This document shows positions 55,634 through 64,000 of a stretch of DNA of 64,000 nucleotides, piece after piece. Below the pieces are notes generated by a model. That model searched no databases. It was not told the DNA's origin and saw only the letters and a list, made by a program, of their open reading frames with translations. Positions within the stretch are counted from its first letter, which is position 1. Each line of letters starts with the position of its first letter. Location: NCBI GenBank assembly GCA_038119905.1, contig JAYOKQ010000007.1:250-64249 (forward strand). Direction: 5' to 3'. The position numbers and the translations under genes are program-made. The stretch comes from Gemmatimonadota bacterium (GTDB taxonomy: Bacteria; Latescibacterota; UBA2968; UBA8231).

Positions 55634-56896
55634 TTGAATATTTCCCTTTATGTTGCACGCCGCTACCTGCGTTCCAAGCAGACGAGCGGATTTGTCTCTG
55701 TGATCGCCTATATGGCCGTCGGCGGCGTTGTGCTAGGCGTCGCTGCCTTGGTGATCATCCTATCCGTTACCAACGGCTTTTCCGGGGAAATAAAAAATCG
55801 CCTCGTCGGTATGAATGCGCATATCAATATTCGTCGCTTTGATGGAGGAGCGATCGAATCCTACCGCGAGTTGGTTAACAAAGTGCAGGAATGGCCCGAA
55901 GTCACGGGGGCTGCTCCGGTTGTCGATAGCAAAGTCATCATCGTCTCTAAGCGAGATTTTAGTCGAATCGACGGTATTCCAATATGGGGCATTGATCCGG
56001 CTACATTTCCCGCGGTATCTGACCTGCCGAAGCATCTGCAGTATGACGAACGAAACGAGATTGTGCTGGGCGATGTGCCGGACATGCAAAAGAAAGGCAT
56101 TATTCTCGGCGAGCACCTAGCGCGGCGTTTGCAGGTCGGACCTGGATTTGATGTCCTGCTGTTTACCATTCGCAATTTAGACGTAGAAGAGGCGGTCATG
56201 GACGGGCTCACGCCCAAGACGTGGCCCTTTTTGGTGACGGATCACTTTGAGAGCGGCATGTATCAGTACGACGATAATTATGCCTTTATCCATATTGAAG
56301 ACGCCCAGCGCATTCTGGGGCTGGGCGACGCGGTCACCGACATCCACCTACACGTAAGCGATATATACAGAGCACCCGCAATACGCGCAGCGCTAGCCGA
56401 AGAGTTTGACTATCCGTACACCGTCAGCGATTGGACGCAGCTATTTCCCGAGTTCTTCCGTTGGATAGAGCTCGAAAAGTGGGCCATCTTTATTGCGCTG
56501 AGCCTAATCGTTTTAGTTGCTGCGTTTAATATCATGTCGATCCTCGTTATGTCCGTGCTGATCAAGACGCCGGAAATTGGCATTTTGCGCGCTATGGGCT
56601 GCAGCGTCGGAGAGATCTATCGCACCTTTGTTTATCAGGGGCTTATTATCGGTGGAGCGGGTACGACGTTGGGCTGTCTGATTGGGTTTGCCGTGTGCTA
56701 TGCTCAGCAGCGCTTTCAACTCATATCCATTCCCGGTGACGTATATCTGATTAACTCGCTGCCTGTCGATATGAACGCGATTGATTTTGTTCTTGTCGTC
56801 ATCGTTAGCATGACGATTTGTCTGCTGACTTCTGTTTACCCGGCGCGCAAAGCGGCATCGCTCATGCCGGTGCAGGCCATTCGATACATAATGTGA
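55634..56896 (+). CDS. lolC: lipoprotein-releasing system permease (LolC/LolE family)
   Basis: MNISLYVARRYLRSK start, a periplasmic MacB-like domain, and a C-terminal FtsX bundle ending in YPARKAASLMPVQAIR. Confidence 0.75.
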   Translation: MNISLYVARRYLRSKQTSGFVSVIAYMAVGGVVLGVAALVIILSVTNGFSGEIKNRLVGMNAHINIRRFDGGAIESYRELVNKVQEWPEVTGAAPVVDSKVIIVSKRDFSRIDGIPIWGIDPATFPAVSDLPKHLQYDERNEIVLGDVPDMQKKGIILGEHLARRLQVGPGFDVLLFTIRNLDVEEAVMDGLTPKTWPFLVTDHFESGMYQYDDNYAFIHIEDAQRILGLGDAVTDIHLHVSDIYRAPAIRAALAEEFDYPYTVSDWTQLFPEFFRWIELEKWAIFIALSLIVLVAAFNIMSILVMSVLIKTPEIGILRAMGCSVGEIYRTFVYQGLIIGGAGTTLGCLIGFAVCYAQQRFQLISIPGDVYLINSLPVDMNAIDFVLVVIVSMTICLLTSVYPARKAASLMPVQAIRYIM

Positions 56897-57591
56897 TGAC
56901 CATGGAATCGAGCGGAGATGTCATCTTACACGCGCGTGATATACGCAAGGATTACCCTTCCGGGCGGGGACGGTTGGACGTTCTCAACGGCGTAAACCTG
57001 CGCGTACGTCGCGGTGAACTGGTGGCGGTCATGGGGGCTTCGGGAGCGGGCAAAAGCACGCTGTTGCACATACTGGGCATGTTGGAAGTGCCTACCTCTG
57101 GCCAACTGGTAATTGCTGATACCGATACTGCGAATCTCGATGAGGCGGCGCTGGCGCGTTTTCGTAATCGCCATATAGGCTTTGTATTTCAGCACCATCA
57201 TCTGCTCCCCGAGTTCACCGCTTTGGAAAATGCGCTCATGCCGGCGCGTATCGCGCGCGAGCAGGACGAGCGGCATGAGGTGGCGGTCGAATTGCTTACG
57301 GCTGTTGGATTGGGAGAGCGCATGGATCATCGCCCCGGAGAACTGTCGGGAGGAGAGTGCCAGCGCGTGGCCATGGTGCGCGCGCTGATTATGCAGCCAA
57401 AGATTGTGCTGGCTGACGAGCCGTCGGGGAATCTGGACGAAGCGGCTAGCGCTCGACTGCACGCGCTGTTGCGCGATCTCGCTCAGCGCAATCAGCAGGC
57501 TTTCCTCGTTATGACGCACGACGAGCGCTTGGCTGCGAGTATGGACCGCAGAGGCTATTTGGAATCGGGCGTCTTGCAGCTGGAGAATTGA
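56896..57591 (+). CDS. lolD: lipoprotein-releasing system ATP-binding protein
   Basis: The ATG 56896 overlaps the permease stop. GASGAGKST, LSGGECQRVAMVRAL and VLADEPSGNLD motifs. Confidence 0.75.
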   Translation: MTMESSGDVILHARDIRKDYPSGRGRLDVLNGVNLRVRRGELVAVMGASGAGKSTLLHILGMLEVPTSGQLVIADTDTANLDEAALARFRNRHIGFVFQHHHLLPEFTALENALMPARIAREQDERHEVAVELLTAVGLGERMDHRPGELSGGECQRVAMVRALIMQPKIVLADEPSGNLDEAASARLHALLRDLAQRNQQAFLVMTHDERLAASMDRRGYLESGVLQLEN

Positions 57592-57594
57592 ATT

Positions 57595-58140
57595 ATGAAG
57601 TGCGAGATCTGCCATAAAAACGACGCGACAACGGCCTATACGCACATTGTCGACGATGCTAAAAAGACGCTGCTGCTGTGCGCGAGCTGTATCCCCAAGG
57701 GCGAGCAGGACTCTGCGCCGACTGTGGCCTCTCAAAACGAGGTTGTCCAGGGTGTTCCAGAGCTAAAAAAGAAGGTGAAAGTCGAATTCAGTGCGGCGGC
57801 AACCGCCGATCCTGCTGGAAGTGTCACCTGCGATGGATGCGGTATGACCTATGAGCAGTTTAAGAAAGCGGGTCGTTTGGGGTGTCATCGTTGCTATGGC
57901 GTATTCTCTCAGCAACTGGAGCGCTTGTTAAAGCGCATTCACGGAGCCGATGCTCACTGTGGAAAGGGACCGGTTGAGGTCGGCGTCGTCCCGTCTCCTG
58001 ACCGGGCGTTGGACCAACTGCGCGATAAGCTCAAGGAAGCCGTCTCTTGCGAAGACTTTGAAAGGGCGGCGCAGATCCGCGATCAAATCCGCAGTATTGA
58101 GTCGGGTGAAGAGCGCGAAACCGGGAGCACTTTGAGTTGA
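57595..58140 (+). CDS. mcsA: protein arginine kinase activator McsA (zinc fingers plus UVR motif)
   Basis: CEIC...CASC, then CDGCGMTYEQFKKAGRLGCHRCY (compare B. subtilis CPKCGMTFQQFRKIGRFGCSECY). UVR-like EDFERAAQIRDQIRSIE. Confidence 0.85.
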   Translation: MKCEICHKNDATTAYTHIVDDAKKTLLLCASCIPKGEQDSAPTVASQNEVVQGVPELKKKVKVEFSAAATADPAGSVTCDGCGMTYEQFKKAGRLGCHRCYGVFSQQLERLLKRIHGADAHCGKGPVEVGVVPSPDRALDQLRDKLKEAVSCEDFERAAQIRDQIRSIESGEERETGSTLS

Positions 58141-59213
58141 ATATCAGCGAATTAGTGGCCAATGGCGCGCAGTGGCTTAGTGGAACAGAGGATAGCGATG
58201 GCATTGTCGTGAGCTGCCGCGCGCGCTTGGCGCGCAATATTGCAGCGGTTCCTTTCGCTCCGAAGGCGACAATCGACGATCAAGAACTGGTTATAGAGCG
58301 CGTTTTAGGCGCAGCTCAGCATAGTCGCCTCATGCGTAGCGCTACGTTCTTCAAGATGAATGTCCTACAGGAAAACGAACGCCGATTGCTGGTAGAACGC
58401 CACTTGGTCAGCCCGGCGTTGGCCGAGAGCAAGGGGCAGCGCGGTTTGCTCTTTGACCGGGACGAAGCGCTCAGCATAATGATCAACGAAGAAGACCACC
58501 TCCGTCTGCAGGCGATCCTACCCGGTTTGCAGGCCGAAGGAGCTTGGACGGCGGTAAACGCGCTCGATGACGAACTGGGGGCATCCGTTGAATATGCTCA
58601 TTCGGAGCGATGGGGGTTTCTAACGGCGTGTCCAACCAACGTCGGCACTGGATTGCGCGTCTCTGTTTTGATTCACCTGCCCGCTTTGGTCTTGACCGAA
58701 GATATGGAGCGGGTGACGCGCGGTCTGACGCAGATGGCCTTTACCGTACGAGGTTTTTACGGCGAGGGGACCAATCCAGTCGGCAACCTATTTCAGATAT
58801 CAAACCAGTCTACGCTTGGCGTTGAGGAGGGGAAGATTGTCGAGAAATTGACGGCGATTACCAGGCAGATAATTACCTGTGAAAGAGATGCGCAAGAAGC
58901 TTTGTTGAAAGAAGCGCGAGCCCAGGTCGAGGACAAGATATGGCGCGCATACGGCTTGCTCTCCCACGCGCGCGTGCTGAGCAGTCAAGAGTTCATGAAT
59001 CTGCTGTCTGCGGTGCGTCTGGGCGTTAGTTTGGGATTGCTGCGTCAGGTTAATTCCGCGTTTATGAACCGCCTCATGATTGTTACTCAGCCCTCTCACT
59101 TACAAATGGAAAATGGGGGAGAACTCGCCCCAGAAAAACGCGATATCTATCGCGCTGAGCGGGTCCGTTCGCACTTTTCTGACTTGGCTTCTGAGGGGGC
59201 TGGGCTATCTTGA
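58137..59213 (+). CDS. mcsB: protein arginine kinase McsB (ATP:guanido phosphotransferase)
   Basis: VSCRARLARNIAAVPF, EEDHLRLQ and TACPTNVGTGLRVSV motifs. TTG start overlaps the mcsA stop. Confidence 0.9.
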   Translation: MNISELVANGAQWLSGTEDSDGIVVSCRARLARNIAAVPFAPKATIDDQELVIERVLGAAQHSRLMRSATFFKMNVLQENERRLLVERHLVSPALAESKGQRGLLFDRDEALSIMINEEDHLRLQAILPGLQAEGAWTAVNALDDELGASVEYAHSERWGFLTACPTNVGTGLRVSVLIHLPALVLTEDMERVTRGLTQMAFTVRGFYGEGTNPVGNLFQISNQSTLGVEEGKIVEKLTAITRQIITCERDAQEALLKEARAQVEDKIWRAYGLLSHARVLSSQEFMNLLSAVRLGVSLGLLRQVNSAFMNRLMIVTQPSHLQMENGGELAPEKRDIYRAERVRSHFSDLASEGAGLS

Positions 59214-59243
59214 CAACGATACGCCCTTTTGGTAGTTTCAGAA

Positions 59244-59268
59244 AAAGCCCAACGGGGCTTTATTTTTT
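59244..59268 (+). terminator. rho-independent terminator after mcsB
   Basis: AAAGCCC-AACG-GGGCTTT followed by ATTTTTT. Confidence 0.75.
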
Positions 59269-59343
59269 CTAACCCATTGTTAATTATTGCTCATAAAGGC
59301 ATGCGCACCTGCCCATTCGGGCTGAGATGCGGAGGTTTACGCT

Positions 59344-61809
59344 ATGAATAATATGTTTACCGATGGCGTCAAGCGAGTAATGCAGTTAGCTCGGGAAGAA
59401 TCCGCGCGCTTGGGGCATAATTATATCGGCACCGAACACCTGTTATTGGGCATTATAAAAGACGGTAAGGGCAAGGCCGTTACGGTTTTGACGAACCTTG
59501 GGCTCAGCTTGGAGACCGTGAAGCAATCCGTAGAGGATTACGTCGCTACCTCCGGCGGTACGATGACGATCGGCGAGGTCCCTTTTACGCCGCGCGCCAA
59601 GCAGATCCTGGAAGTGGCTGCCAACGAAGCCAAAGAGATGAAGACGCAGTTTGTCGACGTTGAGCATTTGCTACTGGCCCTTCTTAAGGACAAAGAGGGT
59701 GTTGCCGCGCAGATTCTTGCAGCGTTTGGCGTCGACTATAAGACGGCCATGGAAGAGACGCTGGCTGTCTTGGAGGGGAAAACGACCGGTCGCAAGGAGA
59801 AGGGCAAAAAGAGCAAAACGCCCTTTCTCGATCACTTTGGTCGCGATTTGACTCAGTTGGCGCGTGAAGGTAAGCTTGATCCGGTGATTGGCCGACAAAA
59901 GGAAATCGAGCGCGTAACCCAGATTCTCAGCCGTCGCAAAAAGAACAACCCGATTCTCATCGGCGATCCCGGCGTCGGTAAGACGGCGATCGTGGAAGGT
60001 CTTGCCCAGTGTATAATCGAGAAACGCGTCCCACAAATCCTACTAGACAAGCGCTTGGTGACCCTCGACATGGGCGGTGTGGTCGCCGGCACTCAGTATC
60101 GCGGTCAGTTCGAAGAGCGCATCAAGGCCGTGATGAACGAGCTCCAGCAAAATACGGAAGTGATCATCTTCATCGACGAGCTGCACACGATCGTCGGTGC
60201 CGGTAGCGCCGAGGGAACGCTTGACGCGTCGAATATGTTCAAGCCGGCTCTGGCGCGCGGCGAACTGCAGTGCATTGGTGCAACTACGTTGGATGAGTAC
60301 CGTAAGCATATCGAAAAGGATGGAGCGCTGGAGCGTCGATTCCAGAATATCATGGTGGATCCGCCGTCTGTAGAAGATGCCATCGAAATTCTCAAGGGCC
60401 TTCGCTCGAGCTACGAGTCGCACCATCACGTGGAATTTTCCGACGACGTAATTTCGTACGTCGTGCGCCAGTCCGATCGCTATATCAGCGATCGCTACCT
60501 GCCGGATAAGGCCATTGATGTCCTCGACGAAACCGGCTCGCGCGTTCATTTAGCGCGGCTTAGTCCCCCTGAGCAGATCAGCAAGCTCGAGGGCGAAATA
60601 CAGGATATAAATCGGGAGAAAAACGAAGCGGCCGAGCGACAGGATTTTGAAGAGGCCGTCATATTGCGCGACAAAGCGCTGCAGCTAGGCGAGGATCTAC
60701 AGAAAAGCCGGCAGGAGTGGGAAGAAAAGGTGCGCGATGAGGTCGTCCAGGTCACCGAGGACGATATTGCCGAAGTTATTGCGAGTATGACCGGTATTCC
60801 CATAACGCGTCTGGCCAAGAGCGAAAGCGATCGCCTGCTGGCCATGGAGAGCGAGCTGAAAAAGAAAATCGTCGGTCAGGAGCTTGCGATTACGGCTATT
60901 TCGCGCGCTATTCGTCGCAGCCGCGCCGGATTACAGGATCCGCGCCGTCCCATCGGTTCGTTCATTTTCTTGGGGCCAACGGGCGTCGGCAAAACAGAGC
61001 TGGCCAAGCGCTTGGCAGAATTTCTCTTTGACGACGAAGAGGCGCTCATCTCGGTCGATATGTCGGAATATATGGAGAAATTCGCCGTATCGCGTTTGAT
61101 CGGGGCGCCTCCCGGATACGTTGGTTTTGACGAGGGTGGACAGCTAACGGAGAAAGTGCGCCGCCGGCCCTATTCGGTTATTCTATTGGATGAGATTGAA
61201 AAAGCGCACCCCGATGTGTTCAATATCCTGCTGCAGATCCTCGACGAGGGCCGACTGACTGACAGCACCGGTCGCAAGGTCGATTTCAGCAACACCGTCC
61301 TGATTATGACGTCGAATATAGGTAGCCGCGATGTAGGCACAGGCGGCGTGCTCGGCTTCCAGAAGTCAGATGCGGACACGCTGCACGAGTTGATGGAAGG
61401 CAAGATCAACGACGCGTTGAAAAAGACGTTTAATCCGGAGTTCATCAACCGCGTTGACGACGCCATTATTTTCCATGCTCTCACCAGAGAGCATATCAAC
61501 GAAATAATTGACATCACCTTAGGTCAGTTTAAAAAGCGTCTCGAGGGACAAGATATAGGCCTGCGTATAACGCCAGGAGCCAAAAACCTCATGGCCGAAA
61601 AAGGCTTTGATATGGCGTTTGGTGCGCGCTATCTCAAGCGCACGGTGCAGAAAATGCTAGAAGATCCGCTGGCCGAAGAAATTCTCAACGGGCACTTCGG
61701 CGCGGGTAGTCGAATCCGCGTTACGAAAAAAGGCGAAGAGCTCATCTTTGACGAAGAGCGCGGTGATTCAGAGGAAAAGCTCGAAGAGAAAAAGGAAACT
61801 GCCAACTAG
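59344..61809 (+). CDS. clpC: ATP-dependent Clp protease ATP-binding subunit ClpC
   Basis: Clp_N repeats ([11 protein letters not shown] / [11 protein letters not shown]), two AAA+ modules ([16 protein letters not shown]) and a middle UVR-like [12 protein letters not shown]. Confidence 0.92.
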   Translation: MNNMFTDGVKRVMQLAREESARLGHNYIGTEHLLLGIIKDGKGKAVTVLTNLGLSLETVKQSVEDYVATSGGTMTIGEVPFTPRAKQILEVAANEAKEMKTQFVDVEHLLLALLKDKEGVAAQILAAFGVDYKTAMEETLAVLEGKTTGRKEKGKKSKTPFLDHFGRDLTQLAREGKLDPVIGRQKEIERVTQILSRRKKNNPILIGDPGVGKTAIVEGLAQCIIEKRVPQILLDKRLVTLDMGGVVAGTQYRGQFEERIKAVMNELQQNTEVIIFIDELHTIVGAGSAEGTLDASNMFKPALARGELQCIGATTLDEYRKHIEKDGALERRFQNIMVDPPSVEDAIEILKGLRSSYESHHHVEFSDDVISYVVRQSDRYISDRYLPDKAIDVLDETGSRVHLARLSPPEQISKLEGEIQDINREKNEAAERQDFEEAVILRDKALQLGEDLQKSRQEWEEKVRDEVVQVTEDDIAEVIASMTGIPITRLAKSESDRLLAMESELKKKIVGQELAITAISRAIRRSRAGLQDPRRPIGSFIFLGPTGVGKTELAKRLAEFLFDDEEALISVDMSEYMEKFAVSRLIGAPPGYVGFDEGGQLTEKVRRRPYSVILLDEIEKAHPDVFNILLQILDEGRLTDSTGRKVDFSNTVLIMTSNIGSRDVGTGGVLGFQKSDADTLHELMEGKINDALKKTFNPEFINRVDDAIIFHALTREHINEIIDITLGQFKKRLEGQDIGLRITPGAKNLMAEKGFDMAFGARYLKRTVQKMLEDPLAEEILNGHFGAGSRIRVTKKGEELIFDEERGDSEEKLEEKKETAN

Positions 61810-61841
61810 GTTGGATCGTTTAACAGATGGATTGTTTTGGG

Positions 61842-61873
61842 GAGCCGCTCTATCAACGTCGATAGAGCGGCTC
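61842..61873 (+). terminator. 13-bp hairpin downstream of clpC (no clear U-tract)
   Basis: GAGCCGCTCTATC-AACGTC-GATAGAGCGGCTC. Confidence 0.4.
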
Positions 61874-61886
61874 TATACTTGTAAAA

Positions 61887-64000
61887 ATGAGGGTTGAGAT
61901 GGCGTGTATATGGCGTGCACTCGGTGCGCTGTGCTGTGTCCTGTTCCTGTCTACACCTAGCGAAGCGCAGAAAGTCGTCGATATAGAGGTGCGCGGCGAG
62001 TTGCGCAAAGTAGCTGAATCGCTGATCCTGGCGGCTGTTGGCCTCGAGCCAGGCATTGAGCTATCCCAAGAGAATGTGCAGCAGGCTGTGCGCGACTTGC
62101 AGGGACTCAACGTATTCGAAGATATCCAGATTTGGGGCGACCCCGTGCCAGACGGCATGAAGCTCATTATCGTGGTTTCGGAGTATCCATCTTTGGAGGG
62201 CGTGCGGTATAAAGGGCACGACAATGTGAAAGAAAAGGATATGCAGGAAGCCCTCGGGTTGGTGGTCGGTCAGGTCGTTGCACCTAAAGATCTCGTGCGC
62301 GGCGAGCAAAAAATTCTCGATCTATACAGAGAGAAGGGCTATCTGCGAGCCGAGGTAAAGGGGCAGATGTTCGATGCTGAAGAGGAAGGTGAGGTTTACA
62401 TCCAGTACGATATCAGCGAAGGAGAAAAAGTTCAAATTCGCGGTATTCGCCTGGTGCAGCATCACGTGGATGGAACGACTGTTGACAGCGAGGCGCTGCC
62501 GCCGCGCAACCCACGCCGACCTCAGAAATGGGATGCCCAAGGTCCCATGCCACAGCAGCTGCGTGCCCTCATGGAGACTAAGACCAAGCACTGGTGGCGC
62601 AAGGGCGAATTTAACGGTGACACGTATGCAGAAGATAAAGAGAAGATACTAGCCTATTACCGCAGTCTGGGTTTTCAGCAGGTCGGCATTCTGCGCGATA
62701 GCGTCTACTACGATTCGACGCGCAAGGATCTCTTTGTGGACCTAGAAATAGACGAGGGATTGCAGTACAAGCTGGGCGAGATGTCCTTTGCCGGCAACGA
62801 CATTATCGACGCCGAGAAGCTGTCCGAAAAGCTGCGCATCGGCACGGGAGACATATACGGTCTTTCGGGGCCCGAACTCGCAGAGATGGCTCGATTTGCC
62901 TATTACGAAGAGGGATATTTAGACACGCGCGTGGTGCCATCGGAGGTTGTGCGCGGCGATACCGTCGACGTCGCTCTACAAATTTTTGAGGGGCAGCCGT
63001 GGACTATTCGCAGGGTCGATATCGCCGGCAACACTAAGACGCGAGAAAAGGTTATCCGACGCGAAATCGAGCTGCGCCCCGGCGACATATATCAGCAGGA
63101 TATGGTGCAGGAAAGCCAGCGCCGGATTTACATGCTGAACTACTTTAAAGATGTGCAGATCCAGCCTGAATACAGCCCGGTTGAAGGCGAGCGTCTGGTC
63201 GATCTTACGTTTAACGTAGAAGAGCAGCCGACCGGGCAGGCCTCTATGGGCGCGGGCTACAGCGACCGAGACAAATTGGTCGGGCAGATCGGTCTGCGGA
63301 TTCCCAACTTTCGCGGCAAGGGCCAAAACGTCGATTTCAGCTGGGAATTTGGCACGCGGCGCGAGCAGTTTCTCGTGGGGTTTACCGAGCCTTGGTTGCT
63401 CGATACACCGACGAGCCTATCGCTGCGCGTTTATACGCTCAACAACCAATACTACGATCTGTACGATTTTCGCCGCAATTCCGTCAGTCTGCGCGTTGGT
63501 CGGCGCCTAAAGAAGCCGGCCTATTCCAGCGTGTCGATCGGATACCGTCTGGAGAGCGAGCGCTATACGGATTTTGGCGAGGATTTCGATCTATCGCTGT
63601 TGGATAATAGCGTATATGGAAACCGCTACGAACCTATAACGACGAGCAGCTTTGAACTGGTATTTTCGCGCGATACGCGCGACCAGGCTCAGTTTCCGAC
63701 CAAGGGTTCGCAGATTTCGTATCGCCCCGAACTGGCCTCGTCTTTGGTCGCCGGCGACGTAGACTTTCACAAGCATGAAGTCACCGTTAACTACTACCAG
63801 CCTAGCTGGTGGAAATTCGTCTTTAGCCTCGAATCGAAGGTCGCCGTCGTCGACGGCTTTTCCGACTGGGACGATAATAACCTGTCCGTTTGGGAGCGTT
63901 TTTCGCCGGGCGGTGTCGATATGTGGGACGGTCAAGTGCGCGGGTATCCCGACCGTTCGCTAGGCCCGCGGATCTCGGGTGTGCCGCTGGGGGGACGTTC
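61887..64000 (+). CDS. bamA: outer membrane protein assembly factor BamA, 3' end beyond the window
   Basis: Not in the ORF track because no stop falls in the window. Manual translation gives signal peptide MRVEMACIWRALGALCCVLFLSTPSEAQ, five POTRA units (last one IAGNTKTREKVIRREIELRPGDIY), and the start of the barrel EEQPTGQASMGAGYS. The ATG at 61899 is an alternative start. Confidence 0.9.
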   Translation, partial: MRVEMACIWRALGALCCVLFLSTPSEAQKVVDIEVRGELRKVAESLILAAVGLEPGIELSQENVQQAVRDLQGLNVFEDIQIWGDPVPDGMKLIIVVSEYPSLEGVRYKGHDNVKEKDMQEALGLVVGQVVAPKDLVRGEQKILDLYREKGYLRAEVKGQMFDAEEEGEVYIQYDISEGEKVQIRGIRLVQHHVDGTTVDSEALPPRNPRRPQKWDAQGPMPQQLRALMETKTKHWWRKGEFNGDTYAEDKEKILAYYRSLGFQQVGILRDSVYYDSTRKDLFVDLEIDEGLQYKLGEMSFAGNDIIDAEKLSEKLRIGTGDIYGLSGPELAEMARFAYYEEGYLDTRVVPSEVVRGDTVDVALQIFEGQPWTIRRVDIAGNTKTREKVIRREIELRPGDIYQQDMVQESQRRIYMLNYFKDVQIQPEYSPVEGERLVDLTFNVEEQPTGQASMGAGYSDRDKLVGQIGLRIPNFRGKGQNVDFSWEFGTRREQFLVGFTEPWLLDTPTSLSLRVYTLNNQYYDLYDFRRNSVSLRVGRRLKKPAYSSVSIGYRLESERYTDFGEDFDLSLLDNSVYGNRYEPITTSSFELVFSRDTRDQAQFPTKGSQISYRPELASSLVAGDVDFHKHEVTVNYYQPSWWKFVFSLESKVAVVDGFSDWDDNNLSVWERFSPGGVDMWDGQVRGYPDRSLGPRISGVPLGGR

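Noticed and set aside
56926-57735. 269-codon ORF antisense to lolD and mcsA
   Set aside because: It is in codon-complement register with lolD and has no motifs. lolD has Walker A, signature and Walker B motifs. The same explanation applies to 5098..5709, 3372..4169, 10916..11485 and 60043..60549; I checked that each is in register with its sense gene.
59214-59343. Looked for a CtsR operator (tandem GGTCAAA-type heptads) or CIRCE element upstream of clpC and upstream of mcsA
   Set aside because: No such repeats are present. Only a terminator and a small GCCC-ATTC-GGGC hairpin are seen.
1-64000. Scan for CRISPR repeats, IS/transposase or integrase genes, tRNA/rRNA, toxin-antitoxin pairs or defence-island hallmarks
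   Set aside because: I could recognise none by eye. Gene content is housekeeping and envelope-related, with uniform strand blocks. Apart from the 36.7-43.3 kb surface-protein locus, nothing looks like an accessory island.

Overview
Densely packed chromosomal segment of about 50 protein genes from a moderately GC-rich diderm bacterium. BamA, LolA-like and LolCDE point to an outer membrane. Three proteins end in T9SS-type C-terminal sorting domains, which suggests an FCB-superphylum-like, probably uncultured lineage (inference). I recognised no rRNA, tRNA, CRISPR array or transposase.

Housekeeping genes: hisG-hisD-hisB, guaB-like IMPDH, rdgB, moaD-moaE, tsaD, ftsK, prfB (with the classical +1 frameshift), lolC/E-lolD, mcsA-mcsB, clpC and bamA (3' partial).

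Envelope and glycan genes: a partial GT-C enzyme, an rmlD-like reductase, a Dpm1-like polyprenol-phosphate sugar synthase, a GT2 fusion protein and a YfhO-like GT-C protein.

Most notable points:
1. A 76-codon SelW/Rdx-type selenoprotein gene on the minus strand (26947..27177). The ORF track misses it because codon 11 is an in-frame TGA inside a C-x-x-U redox motif. It has its own consensus promoter and a SECIS-like hairpin.
2. A GC-poor 620-nt spacer with a consensus promoter and a roughly 245-nt leader. It drives a 1444-aa secreted protein (FN3, degenerate dockerin-like duplicate, cohesin-like module, T9SS sorting domain). A second cohesin-like T9SS protein follows, so this may be a self-assembling surface scaffold.
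3. A tightly packed operon of five redox enzymes headed by the IMPDH-like gene.
4. lolC/E-lolD translationally abutted to mcsA-mcsB, with no ctsR gene or CtsR box.

All family assignments come from motifs read by eye. No database search was run.
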